Shown piece after piece: positions 43,134 through 54,321 of a DNA stretch of 64,000 nt. Under the pieces are notes generated by a model. The model had not been told where the DNA came from and made no database searches. It was given only the letters and a program-made list of their open reading frames with translations. The stretch lies in contig CAJFHE010000002.1 of the NCBI GenBank assembly GCA_904378095.1, positions 20,194 through 84,193 of the forward strand, read 5' to 3'. The DNA comes from an uncultured Clostridia bacterium (GTDB taxonomy: Bacteria; Bacillota; Clostridia; TANB77; CAG-508). A program made the position numbers and the translations under genes. Each line of letters begins with the position of its first letter. Within the stretch, counting starts at the first letter, position 1.

Positions 43134-44441
43134 TTAAAAAAATGAAATTGCTTCTTCAACCGTAACCTCTTTTTGCTCGCCTGTTTCCATATTTTTTAGG
43201 CTAACAGTTCCATTCTTTTCTTCTTCTTCTCCTATTATTGCCACATATGGAATTTGAAGCTTGTCTGCATATTTAAATTTAGTTTTTATTTTTTTGTTTT
43301 CTACATATACATCTGTATTTATTCCTGCTTGTCTAAATCTTGTACCAATCTCTAATGCTCTATTCACATCATCTGTCATAGATACTACCAAAACTTTAGC
43401 TATAGATTTTTTGTCTTCTTTTATTATGTTTAATTCATTTAATTTGTAAAATAATCTAGTAAGTCCAATTGACACGCCAACTCCAGGAAGTTTTTTGTCT
43501 GTATAAAATTCAGCCAAATTGTCGTATCTTCCACCAGAGCACACACTGCCGATTTCTCTGTAGTCATTCAAAAATGTTTCGTATACAGTTCCTGTGTAGT
43601 AGTCTAAACCTCTTGCAATGGTTAAATCTACTTTAAAATTATCATCTGGCACACCAAATAATCTTACATATTTTATTACCTGTGTTAATTCATCTAGTCC
43701 TTGCATGAAAAGCTCGTTTGAGAAATTTAGGTTTTGTAAAGCTTCCAATTTTTTATCAGTAGTACCATCAATCTTTAAAAATGTCATTATTTTTTCTATT
43801 TTGCTTTTCTCTATTTTTAAATCTTCTAGGCATTTTACCACATTTTCTTCGCCTATTTTTTCAAGCTTATCTATTATTCTCATTATATCTACTGATTCAT
43901 TTTCTAACTCCAACTCTGCAAAAAGGCCATTTAAAATTTTTCTATTATTAATTCTAATCGTAAAATTGTCAAAACCTAGTTCTTTAATTGTCATGTAAAT
44001 TAAGCTAGGCATTTCAGCATCATTTATAATGCTTAGCTCTCCGTCACCTATTATATCTATGTCGCATTGATAAAACTCTCTGTATCTGCCTTTTTGCGGT
44101 CTTTCTCCTCTATACACTTTTCCAATTTGATATCTTTTAAATGGGAATGTAATATCATTTTGATATTCACACACATATTTTGCAAGTGGTACAGTCAAAT
44201 CAAAACGTAAAGCTAAATCGTTATCGCCTTTGTTAAAACGATAAATTTGTTTTTCTGTTTCTCCACCAGCCTTTGCAAGAAGCACATCCGCCATTTCTAT
44301 AATTGGCGTATCCACTGGTAGAAAACCAAATCTCTCATATGCACTTCTTATTTTATCAATCATGGCATTAAATTGAATTTGCTCACTTGGTAGCAACTCC
44401 ATAAATCCTGGCAAAGTTCTTGGCTCCACTTTTTTGCTCAT
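43134..44441 (-). CDS. hisS: histidine--tRNA ligase
   Basis: LRFDLTVP, GRYREFYQCD, ARGLDYYTG and GGRYD. Confidence 0.97.
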   Translation of the reverse strand: MSKKVEPRTLPGFMELLPSEQIQFNAMIDKIRSAYERFGFLPVDTPIIEMADVLLAKAGGETEKQIYRFNKGDNDLALRFDLTVPLAKYVCEYQNDITFPFKRYQIGKVYRGERPQKGRYREFYQCDIDIIGDGELSIINDAEMPSLIYMTIKELGFDNFTIRINNRKILNGLFAELELENESVDIMRIIDKLEKIGEENVVKCLEDLKIEKSKIEKIMTFLKIDGTTDKKLEALQNLNFSNELFMQGLDELTQVIKYVRLFGVPDDNFKVDLTIARGLDYYTGTVYETFLNDYREIGSVCSGGRYDNLAEFYTDKKLPGVGVSIGLTRLFYKLNELNIIKEDKKSIAKVLVVSMTDDVNRALEIGTRFRQAGINTDVYVENKKIKTKFKYADKLQIPYVAIIGEEEEKNGTVSLKNMETGEQKEVTVEEAISFF

Positions 44442-44456
44442 TTCTATTCCTCCTTT

Positions 44457-44509
44457 TGTCGCTATAGGGACAGGCCTAAAAACGACAACTTTGTCGTTTT
44501 TGGGACAGG
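44457..44509. repeat. REP-like element, copy 2 (abuts hisS RBS)
   Basis: TGTCGCTATAGGGACAGGCCTAAAAACGACAACTTTGTCGTTTTTGGGACAGG. Confidence 0.9.
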
Positions 44510-44634
44510 TCTACTATTGACTTTTACCTTACTTGTAATTGATACCTGTCCATGATTCGTCCTTTTTTATTAATTGTTACCTGTCTCTAATTAAGTTTTT
44601 TTCTAATTGACACTTATCTTTAATTAGCAATTAT

Positions 44635-45285
44635 TTAATCTTCTCCCGGCATTAAATTATAGTAGATTGGCTCTTCATCTACAATCTTTGTAGAAATTCC
44701 ATGACCTGGATACACTATTGTATCATCCGGCAATATTAACAATTTATTACTTATTGAACTTATTATATCTTCAAAGCTACTTGTTGGTAAATCTGTTCTT
44801 CCCCACATTCCTTTAAAAAGCGTGTCTCCAGAAAATAGCATTTTCTCTTTTTCGCAATAAAGACTGCTTCCACCTTTTGTATGACCAGGTGTATGAATTA
44901 CCTTAAATTCTAAGCTTCCTATGTGTAAAATATCTCCATCATTTACTCTTGAATCTGCCTCTATTGCAATTGGTATTTCACACAAAGTTCCTGTTAGATT
45001 TATTTCTGGTTTTTTGAGCCCTTCATAGTCATCTTTTTGTATTAATATCATTCCGTTTTTTTTACTTTTTACTTCATTTAACGCACCAATATGGTCTCCA
45101 TGGCAATGAGTTAAGTAAATATATTTTACTTTTGCGCCCAATATATCAAGTAGCTCTAGTATTTTTTCTGCTTCTCCTCCTGGGTCTATCACCATAGCCT
45201 CTTTTGTTTCTTCATCTGCTATTATGTAACAATTTGTAACTATGTTATCTATAGCAGATTTTACTTTTAATTCCTTTAATATCAT
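44635..45285 (-). CDS. MBL-fold metallo-hydrolase
   Basis: THCHGDHIG, TPGHT, GDTLF and PGHG. Confidence 0.93.
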   Translation of the reverse strand: MILKELKVKSAIDNIVTNCYIIADEETKEAMVIDPGGEAEKILELLDILGAKVKYIYLTHCHGDHIGALNEVKSKKNGMILIQKDDYEGLKKPEINLTGTLCEIPIAIEADSRVNDGDILHIGSLEFKVIHTPGHTKGGSSLYCEKEKMLFSGDTLFKGMWGRTDLPTSSFEDIISSISNKLLILPDDTIVYPGHGISTKIVDEEPIYYNLMPGED

Positions 45286-45354
45286 TTTTTCTCCTATCTG
45301 TTATATTCTATGTTATTTATTTTTTAGTATTTTTACTTTTGGGGCAATTTTAGA

Positions 45355-45407
45355 CCTGTCCCCTAAGCGACAACTTTGTCGTTTTTAGGCCTGTCCCCAA
45401 AACGACA
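45355..45407. repeat. REP-like element, copy 3 (inverted, abuts rel stop codon)
   Basis: CCTGTCCCCTAAGCGACAACTTTGTCGTTTTTAGGCCTGTCCCCAAAACGACA, the near reverse complement of the other copies. Confidence 0.88.
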
Positions 45408-47609
45408 TCATTGTTTTCTCCTCTTTACCTCATATACACTATCAACTTTTCTTAAGTTTTTAAGCACAGTATTTAATTGCTCTATGTTTTCTACTTCAAC
45501 TGTTAATTCTGTTATTGCAATTTTTTCTTTATTTGCTTTTGATGACACTGCTATAATTTTACATTTACTGTTTCCAAGTACTGCTATTATGTCTGCAAGA
45601 AGTCCTGCTCTATCATTTGCATATACTTCTATGTCTACGCTATATGATGTTTTTTTGTTGTCGCTCCAGTACACATCTATAATTCTGTTTCCTTCTTCTA
45701 GCAATTTTTTAGTATTTACACAGTCTGTTCTATGTACCGAAACTCCTCTTCCTCTTGTTATATAGCCTATTATGTCATCTCCTGGTACTGGATTGCAGCA
45801 TTTTGATAATTTTACTAAGCAGTTGTCTATTCCTTTTACTATAATTCCATTTTGTGATGGTTTTTCTTTATGTGTTTTCTCTTTAGTAAGCTCTTCTAGT
45901 GTTTTTTCTATGTCATCCTCTTTATGAACTTTTCTGTATTCTTCTAGCATTCTAGCTATTATTTTCCCAGATGTGATTGAGCCAAATCCAACACTTGAAT
46001 ACATATCCTCTATTGAGTTAAATTTATATCTCTTAAGAGCTGCTTGTATGAATTCTGGTTTAAACAAATCATCATGCTTCATACCAATTTTCTTTAATTC
46101 TTTTTCTATTAGCTCTTTTCCTTTTTCTATATTATCTTCTCGTAGATTTTTCTTAAACCATGCTAATATTTTATTTCTTGCTCTTGAGCTTTTTACAAAT
46201 TTTAGCCAATCTCTACTTGGTCCTTTTGATTGGTCTGATGTGATTATTTCCACAATGTCCCCATTGTTTAATTGGGTTACAATTGGCATCATCTTGCTAT
46301 TTATTTTGCATCCTACCATGTGATTTCCTATTTGCTCATGTATTTGATATGCAAAATCTATAGGTGTTGCTCCCTTTGGAAGAACCTTTATTGCTCCTTT
46401 TGGTGTAAATATATATACCTCGTCTTCGAATAATTCTTTTTTCAAAGTTTGCATAAATTCTTCTGGATTCTGCATTTCGCTTTGCCATTCTAATGTCTCT
46501 CTAACCCAAGCAAGTTTGTCCTCTTCTACCTTGACATTTGATTTTTTGCCACTTAAAAAGCTTGACTCTTTATATGCCCAATGTGCCGCAATACCATATT
46601 CTGCAACTCTATGCATATCCCAAGTACGAATTTGCACTTCAAAAGGTGTTCCTTTTGGTCCTATTAAAGTTGTATGTAGTGATTGGTACATATTTGGCTT
46701 TGGCACAGCTATATAGTCTTTAAATCTTCCCGGCATTGGGTTATATAGCTCATGAACTACGCCAAGTGCTGCATAGCAGTCTTTAACTGAGTTTACAATA
46801 ATTCTTAAAGCAAATAAGTCGTAAATCTGGTCCAAAGTCGAATTATCTCTTTTCATTTTTCTATAGATACTGTATAAATGCTTTGCTCTTCCTGTAACCT
46901 CAGCATCTATTCTTTGCTTTTTTAATTCTTCTTTTATTTGCTCCATTATTTGCTCTATAAATTTTAATCTTTCTTCTCTCTTTTTATTTATTCCCTCAAC
47001 TATATCTCTATAATCCTCTGGATATAGATATTTGAAAGATAAATCTTCAAGCTCCCATTTTAAAGAATACACACCAAGTCTGTTTGCAAGTGGTGCATAT
47101 AATTCCATTGTCTCTTTTGCATTTGCAATCTGTCTATCACGTGATAGATATTTTAGTGTCCTCATGTTGTGGAGTCTATCTGCAAGTTTTATTAAAATTA
47201 CACGTATGTCTTTTCCCATTGCCAAAAACATTTTTCTGTAATTTTCTACTTGTTGCTCCTCGACACTTGCATATTGCAATTTGCTAAGTTTTGTAACTCC
47301 ATCTACCATATAAGCGACTTCATCATTAAATTCTCTTACTAAATCATCATATGTCGTATCAGTATCTTCCAATACATCATGTAGAAGTGCAGCACAAATA
47401 GTATTATCATCTAGCCCTAATTCTGCAAGTGTGTATGCAACTTGGACAGGATGAATTATATATGGCTCACCTGATTTTCTTAATTGGTCTCCATGTTTTG
47501 CTTTAGCATAATCATATGCTCTTTGAATTAACTTTGTGTCTCTTCTTCCTTTTTTCTTTTTTACTACTGAAATCAAATCTTCTATTGTCACTTCTTTATA
47601 TTCTGACAT
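45408..47609 (-). CDS. relA: bifunctional (p)ppGpp synthetase/hydrolase Rel
   Basis: HD hydrolase (LLHDVLED), synthetase (YQSLHT, EVQIRT), TGS and ACT domains. Confidence 0.97.
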   Translation of the reverse strand: MSEYKEVTIEDLISVVKKKKGRRDTKLIQRAYDYAKAKHGDQLRKSGEPYIIHPVQVAYTLAELGLDDNTICAALLHDVLEDTDTTYDDLVREFNDEVAYMVDGVTKLSKLQYASVEEQQVENYRKMFLAMGKDIRVILIKLADRLHNMRTLKYLSRDRQIANAKETMELYAPLANRLGVYSLKWELEDLSFKYLYPEDYRDIVEGINKKREERLKFIEQIMEQIKEELKKQRIDAEVTGRAKHLYSIYRKMKRDNSTLDQIYDLFALRIIVNSVKDCYAALGVVHELYNPMPGRFKDYIAVPKPNMYQSLHTTLIGPKGTPFEVQIRTWDMHRVAEYGIAAHWAYKESSFLSGKKSNVKVEEDKLAWVRETLEWQSEMQNPEEFMQTLKKELFEDEVYIFTPKGAIKVLPKGATPIDFAYQIHEQIGNHMVGCKINSKMMPIVTQLNNGDIVEIITSDQSKGPSRDWLKFVKSSRARNKILAWFKKNLREDNIEKGKELIEKELKKIGMKHDDLFKPEFIQAALKRYKFNSIEDMYSSVGFGSITSGKIIARMLEEYRKVHKEDDIEKTLEELTKEKTHKEKPSQNGIIVKGIDNCLVKLSKCCNPVPGDDIIGYITRGRGVSVHRTDCVNTKKLLEEGNRIIDVYWSDNKKTSYSVDIEVYANDRAGLLADIIAVLGNSKCKIIAVSSKANKEKIAITELTVEVENIEQLNTVLKNLRKVDSVYEVKRRKQ

Positions 47610-47621
47610 ATTCATCCCCCC

Positions 47622-49307
47622 TTAGTAAGATTTACGCATGTCTTTTATTACAATCTGTATGCTCTCCATTCCGTTAAATGAATTAATATCTAAATTTCCT
47701 ACAACATCTATTCTATCATCTAACAAATATTTTTCTGATAATTCTCCCATATTGAAGCCTATTGCATTTACCATGTAGTTGTCATCCTTTAAGGTTAATT
47801 TAAGATGCTTCCCTTCTGAAAGGGCTCTTATGGAATTTATTTTTAGATTTTTAAATAAAAATAATGGCATTTTGTTAGCTTCTCCAAATGGCTCTAACAT
47901 TTTTAAACTTTTTACACTATCTATATCCACATTTTTTAAAGAAAGCTCACTATCTATGTTGATTATAGGTACAATTTTATCTATTTCACAAGATTTTGCA
48001 TATTCTTCTAATTCTTGTTTAAAACTTTCGAATTCATTTTTGTTTACAGTTACTCCTACAGCCATAGCATGTCCGCCAAATCTTTCTAAATGCTCACCAC
48101 ATTTTGTAAGCGCTTCGTGTAAATCAAATCCTGGTATGCTTCTTCCAGAGCCTTTTCCTTCTTCACCTTCAAAACAAATTAATATTGATGGTTTAAAATA
48201 CGTTTCAGTTACTTTTGAAGATACAATTCCTATTATTCCATGTTGCCATCCCGTACTTCCTACAATTATACACGATTTTCCCTTTTCTTCTTTTTCTATT
48301 TTTTCTATTGCCTCATCTAAAATTTTCTTTTCTATGTTCTGTCTTTCTATGTTATATTCATTTAATCGAATTGCTAATTTTCTTGCTTCTTCATAATTTT
48401 TACTTAAGAATAAATCTAATGCAATTTGCTCGTTGCCCATTCTTCCACATGCATTTATTCTAGGCGCTACCCCAAAAGAAATAGCCGAAGAATCTATCGT
48501 CTTAAATCCAATAACTTCAAGTAATGCCTTTAGTCCAATATTTCTAGTTTGTGCAATAAGCTTTAAGCCAAGCTTTGCTATAACTCTGTTTTCATCTACT
48601 AATGGCACTATATCTGATATTGTTCCAATACACACTATGTCCAAATACTTTAAATATTCCTTTTCTTCTAAGTTAAGCTTAATAGAAATTGCTTGTATCA
48701 ACTTAAAAACAACTCCAACTCCAGCTAATTGATTAAATGGATATTTATTGTCCTTTCTTTTTGCATCCATTACAGCTAAAGCATTTGGCAAATTCTCAGC
48801 AGGCTCGTGATGGTCTGTTATAAGTACTTCTATTCCTAAAGAATTAGCATAATCCACTTCATCTATACCAGATATTCCACAATCCACTGTGATAATTATT
48901 CTAAATCCTTCATCATATATTTTTTTTATAGCTTGTTTGTTCAAGCCATAGCCTTCATCCAATCTATTTGGTATATATGATGATACTTGTAAGCCCCTTT
49001 CTTCCAAGAAGCTTTTAAGTACTGTAACACTTGTAATCCCATCAGCATCATAATCTCCATAAATCATTATTTTCTCTTTATTGTCCACTGCCTTCAAAAT
49101 TCTATCTACTACAATTTCCATATCAGGCATCAAAAATGGGTCATGAAAATCTTTTCTAGTAGGGCTCATAAATAAATCTATATCTTCTTTTTCGGTAATA
49201 CCTTTATTAACCAATATTTTCGCCAAAATCTCATTAACGCCATATTTGCTTTTTAATTCATTAACTTTATTTTCATCTATTTCATAGCATTCCCATTTTT
49301 TATTCAT
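47622..49307 (-). CDS. recJ: single-stranded-DNA-specific exonuclease RecJ
   Basis: YGDYDADG, TDHH, GSGRS and GGHAMAVG. Confidence 0.96.
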   Translation of the reverse strand: MNKKWECYEIDENKVNELKSKYGVNEILAKILVNKGITEKEDIDLFMSPTRKDFHDPFLMPDMEIVVDRILKAVDNKEKIMIYGDYDADGITSVTVLKSFLEERGLQVSSYIPNRLDEGYGLNKQAIKKIYDEGFRIIITVDCGISGIDEVDYANSLGIEVLITDHHEPAENLPNALAVMDAKRKDNKYPFNQLAGVGVVFKLIQAISIKLNLEEKEYLKYLDIVCIGTISDIVPLVDENRVIAKLGLKLIAQTRNIGLKALLEVIGFKTIDSSAISFGVAPRINACGRMGNEQIALDLFLSKNYEEARKLAIRLNEYNIERQNIEKKILDEAIEKIEKEEKGKSCIIVGSTGWQHGIIGIVSSKVTETYFKPSILICFEGEEGKGSGRSIPGFDLHEALTKCGEHLERFGGHAMAVGVTVNKNEFESFKQELEEYAKSCEIDKIVPIINIDSELSLKNVDIDSVKSLKMLEPFGEANKMPLFLFKNLKINSIRALSEGKHLKLTLKDDNYMVNAIGFNMGELSEKYLLDDRIDVVGNLDINSFNGMESIQIVIKDMRKSY

Positions 49308-49473
49308 TAGCTTCTCCTCTTGAATTTACAATTTAACATCTATTTTACTACAAATTTGGAAATTTTTAAAGGGGTATTGGGAAAAAATATGAAACTTGTC
49401 CAAAAGGGACACTCCTTTTTGGACAAGTTTTTGGACTTTTAGGAGTGTCCCTTTTGGACAAGTTTCAAAAATC

Positions 49474-52400
49474 TTACAAATTCAAAGCCCAAATCATGGC
49501 TTTGTCTACTTTTTTGCCGGTTGCATTTTCCAATGCCTGCTTATATAAATCTAGTTGCACCTTGTATTTTTCCTCTAATTTGCTCACATCGCCATTTGGC
49601 ACATAGTCTGTCTTGTAGTCTACAAGTATTAGTTTGCCTTCTTGATTGATATAATATAAGTCTATAATTCCCTGTACTAGTATTTTTTCGTGTGGCTCCG
49701 CTTCGTCGTAAATTGCATTTGCAGGGACATTTATATAAAATGGCTCTTCTTTATGTATTTCTTTTGCGCTTTTTAGCTCTTGCCACAATTTAGATTTAGT
49801 ATAATTATATAGTATATTTATATTCACGCTTTTGGCTTCTATTTCAGAAATGATATTTCTTTCTTTTAAATCCTGTACAAAATCGTGTAAATCTTCTAAT
49901 GAATAATCTTTTCTCTCATCTAACTTTTGTACACATAAATGCATTAGTGTACCTTTTTGTGCGGCTGTTAGACTTTGTGTTTGCTCCATAAACTTAGGTT
50001 TTGACGTTAGTTTTACTGGCTGCTCTTTTTTGTTTTTCGCCATTTCGATTAATTCGTCAATATCGTGCTCTTCACTGTCTTCTAATTCCTTTAGTTTTGT
50101 TACTGAAGTTTTGGTTGGGATTTTGGATGAAGCTATGTACTTGTATTTCCACTGTAACTTCTCTGTTATTTCTTGTTTTTTTCCGCCGTCCCAAAAAACA
50201 AGATTTTCTTTCGTCTTTTCTTGTATAACTTTTGCCATATCTACGGTCTCGTTTTCTGCTTCTTTCATCTCTTTTACCAAGTCTTCTTTTTTATACGTAT
50301 GTAACTCGAGCAAATTGTTTATTCCTCTTTCTTTTTTATATTCATATACTAGCTCTAGCCAGTCTAAATATGAAATATATTTTCCTACAAGATTTCTATT
50401 TATTTTTAGTTCTGGCTCTTTTGTGTTTTCTAAATTATCCAAAGACACTTGCGCAAAATCACTTTTTTTATAAATGTCAAGCATTTTTTGCTTTTCTTCT
50501 AAAGATTTATTTAAATCTTTGCTCATTCCTGTTATTATAAGTTTTTCTTTAGCTCTTGTTAAAGCAACATATAGCACTCTCATTTCTTCCGAAATTGTCT
50601 CCACTCTAGAGCTAATTTGTATTGCCTCTCTTGACAAAGTATTATATTCTATTTTTTTCTCTGAATCGATAAATTTCATTCCAAAACCTATATCTTGGTG
50701 GATTAATATTGGTGTGTTTAAATCTTGCATGTTAAATTTCTTGCCAGTGCTTGCTAGAATAACTACCGGAAATTCTAGCCCCTTGCTCTTATGAATACTC
50801 ATAATTCTAATTACATCGTCGTTTTCTCCGATTATTTTAGCTGCTGACAAATCTCCACTACTTGTTTTCACTTTATTTATGAAATTTATAAAATTGAATA
50901 ATCCTTTAAAACTTGCTTTTTCGTACTGTTTTGCTTTTTCAAAAAGCATCTTTAAATTAGCTTGTCTTAGATTTCCATTTAGGAGCAAGCTTACATAGTT
51001 ATAAAATCCAGTGTCTAAATATAGCTTCCAAATAAGCTCATCAAGCAGCAAAAATTTTTCTTCTGCCTTCCATTTCTTTAATTTTTCTACCACATCATCA
51101 ATTTTATGCCTTAATTTATTATCCACACTGAGCCTAGCTTTAAGCATTGCTTCATAGAACAAACATTTTCTATCAACAAGCCTAATTTGCATTAAATCAT
51201 TATCTGTAAATCCAAATATGTTAGACCTTAGCACTGTTACCAACGGAATGTCTTGTAATGGATTATCTATTACTTTTAAAAGTGACATTATAGTTTCTAC
51301 TTCCATTGACTCCAAATATGTACTTGAGCTATCACTAAAAACCGGATAATCTAATTCAGATATTTCTTTTTCATAAATTGGTGCAAGCACTGTGCTTGCT
51401 CTTAATAGCACGCATATATCTTTTGGTCTAATTTTTCTATAACCGCACTTTTTTGTCAAATACATGATAGTCACTTTGCAAAAGTTTTTGGATTTGTTTT
51501 GCCACAAACCTTGCTTCTAAGACCACATCTTCTATTCTTTCTTCGTTTTCATCGTCGTCTGTTTCTTCTAATTCTTTTACAGGATTTCTACTTTGTGCTT
51601 TAGCGCTAATTTTTTCACTATCTACTGATTCGTTTTGCTCTACTGTTAATTGTTGGCTTATGTCTAAGCCTGTTGTCACTCCTTCTATATTTTTTGCTTT
51701 ATAATCTTTTAAAGCTTCGCTTGTTTCATTTTCTCCAGGAACTAATAAATCACTTTCTGGCTTGTAATAATCTTCTTCCTGCTCCTTTAAATCAATTATA
51801 TGCAACTCTGCTATTCCTGCATGCTCTATATTTTTCTCTGGCTCTGGATAATTTGCACCATAGTTTAAATACTCTTTTTCGTTATATTCCACATTACCAA
51901 GCTTTTCACTCATTATGTTTTTAAAGACTAAATTGGTAATATCTAGCACACTTTTTCTACTTCTAAAATTTTTAAATAGTTGTATTTTTAATCCGGCACT
52001 ATCCACTTTTTGCTCTTCTTTTAATGCATAGGTAGAATATTTTTCTAAGAATAGCTCTGGTCTAGCCTGTCTAAATTTATAGATACTTTGCTTAACATCT
52101 CCTACCATAAAGATGTTGTTTCCTTTAGATATGCTTGTTAGTATCTTTTCTTGGACCAAATTGCTATCTTGATACTCGTCTATCAAAATTTCTTCAAATG
52201 TCTCTCTATATTTTTCTGCAACAGCTGTTGGCACTTCGTTTTCGTTTAATAATATTTTTAATGCAAAATGCTCTATATCATTAAAATCAATAATATTTCT
52301 TTCTTTCTTCTTGGCTGCAAATGCTGCAGAAAACTCCAAAATCAATTTCTTTAGCTCGTTAAGCACTCTATACATATCCGCAATGTCTTGACTAGCTTCT

Positions 52401-53336
52401 TTTGAATTGGATTTAATTTTTACTCCATCAAATTGTTTTTTTACCTTATCTCTAACATCTTTTGCTTCAGCCTTTAACTCTAGTGTCACCTTTTTATCCA
52501 CTGGCCATTTGCTCCATGCTATTTCATTTATGCTATCATAAGCCCTGTCCCAAGTTTCTAAATTTATGCTAGTTAAATTATTAATATCTTCTTGTAAAAC
52601 TCTTGAAAATTTCTCAAGCTCAACAAATTTTAAGGTATCTTGCTTTATTTTTTCTAGCTGAGTAATCATGCTGAAAATTTCATCACTAATATGCGAAAGT
52701 ATAATTTTGCCCCAAGTAGTTTCAGAAAAATCTTTATCAGTATCTATGTTAAACTCCTCTGTCTTTTCATTTAGCCATTTCTCTGGAAAAGGATTACTCT
52801 GTATATATTTATATATATTCAAAATTATTTCTTGTAATTTTTCGTCTCCTCTATAATCTGTATATGTATCTAATAACTTAATAAAGCCCTTATCATCGTC
52901 CATATACTTCTGCTCAAAAATTTCATCTAATACATCACTTTTAAGCATCTCTATTTCAGCAGTGTCTCCAATTCTAAAATTGGCAGAAGCATTAATTTCA
53001 TAAAAATTATTACGTATAACGTCCAAGCAAAAAGAATGGATTGTACAAATACTAGCTTTATTTAGCAAAGTTATTTGTCTCTGTAAATTAGCAGAATCCG
53101 GATTTTTCTCCAACTTTTCATATATGGCATCTAGCACCCTTTCTCTCATTTCACTTGCAGCTGCATTTGTAAAAGTAACCACCAAAATTTTATCTATATC
53201 CACATTTTCATTAATAACTTTGTTAATAATTCGCTCAACAAGTACAGCTGTCTTACCGCTTCCGTGCCGCAGCTGCAACTAATATGTTATTTCCTTTTTC
53301 GTAAATTGCTTGCTTTTGCTCATTTGTCCAATCCAT
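49474..53336 (-). CDS. addA: helicase-nuclease AddA, interrupted by two +1 frame breaks at CGG (53264, 51445)
   Basis: ATG at 53336 follows GAGGT. MDWTNEQ...VAAAA-[C]-GSGKT, TFTNAAA, DEYQD, VGDVKQSIYKFR, ...KKV-[C]-GYRKIRPKDICVLLR, HKSKGLEF, YVALTRA and GIID..DYKT nuclease. About 1286 aa when joined. Could be recoded, a pseudogene or a sequence error. Confidence 0.85.
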
Positions 53337-53461
53337 TTTCTTTACCTCTTTTCCGATTTATATTATATTTGATTATTTATTTTTTTGCAATAGTAACAAA
53401 AATGGAGCTTACCTATACAATCTTATGAAAATTGCATAAGTAAGCTCCATTTTTTAGGAAA

Positions 53462-54142
53462 TTATTTTGCTAGTAATTTAGATATTTGTTCTGTATGATG
53501 TTTAGAAGTATCTTCTAGCATTGAAATTCTCAAAGAATTAATATCTACTTTTTGCTCAGTAGCTGTTTGTCTAGATTCAAGAGCATTGTTTTTTTCAAGA
53601 TTTGCAGTATATCCATCAAATAGTGCTCTAATCTTATTGAATAATTCATCTTCTTTTACAATTAAAAAATTATTGATGCTTCTTATCTCTTTGCTATGCT
53701 CTTCGAACTTTTTATCATGTTCTTCTAGTTTTGCAAATACTTTGTCAAACTTTTTGTCGTGTTCTTCTAGTTTTGCAAATACTTTGTCAAACTTTTTATC
53801 GTGTTCTTCTAGTTTTGCAAATACTTTATCAAACTTTTTATCGTGTTCTTCTAATTTTGCAGATATTTGTTCTAAGTCCTTGTCGTGTTTTTCTAATTTT
53901 GCAGATATTTGTTCTAAGTCCTTGTCGTGTTTTTCTAATTTTGCAGATATTTGTTCTAAGTCCTTATCGTGTTTCTCTAATTTTGCAGATATTTGTTCTA
54001 AGTCCTTATCGTGTTTCTCTAATTTTGCAGATATTTGTTCTAAGTCCTTATCGTGTTTCTCTAATTTATGAAGCATCTTTTGAGAAAACTCTTCTTGTTT
54101 ATCTAATTTAGCCAAAACTTTTTCCATAAATTCTTTCTCCAT
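53462..54142 (-). CDS. coiled-coil protein with 14-aa tandem repeats
   Basis: RBS GAGGTG, own promoter, and a downstream hairpin at about 53400-53453. Confidence 0.75.
   Translation of the reverse strand: MEKEFMEKVLAKLDKQEEFSQKMLHKLEKHDKDLEQISAKLEKHDKDLEQISAKLEKHDKDLEQISAKLEKHDKDLEQISAKLEKHDKDLEQISAKLEEHDKKFDKVFAKLEEHDKKFDKVFAKLEEHDKKFDKVFAKLEEHDKKFEEHSKEIRSINNFLIVKEDELFNKIRALFDGYTANLEKNNALESRQTATEQKVDINSLRISMLEDTSKHHTEQISKLLAK
53705..54064 (-). repeat. 42-bp in-frame tandem repeat (5 x LEKHDKDLEQISAK, 3 x LEEHDKKFDKVFAK plus a partial unit)
   Basis: Directly visible in DNA and protein. Confidence 0.95.
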
Positions 54143-54212
54143 GTTATCACCTCTTTTCTTTCTAGAATGTTAATATATTATCATAAATCAGAAAGATTTT
54201 CAATGATAATTT

Positions 54213-54229
54213 TTCGACTTTTTTCGACA
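54213..54229 (-). promoter_or_regulatory. tandem Spo0A-box-like sites
   Basis: TTCGACT and TTCGACA 10 bp apart, just upstream of minus-strand TTGAAA-N17-GATAAT. Confidence 0.4.
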
Positions 54230-54321
54230 AATTTGTTTGTCTGCAACTGATTACGATAATTTGCATATTATCCTCCAGATACAATACACTTTCGTTCTCC
54301 TAATTTTGTGCAAAATTCCTT

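Noticed and set aside
53705-54064. Possible CRISPR array
   Set aside because: Contiguous 42-bp units with no unique spacers, in frame inside a CDS.
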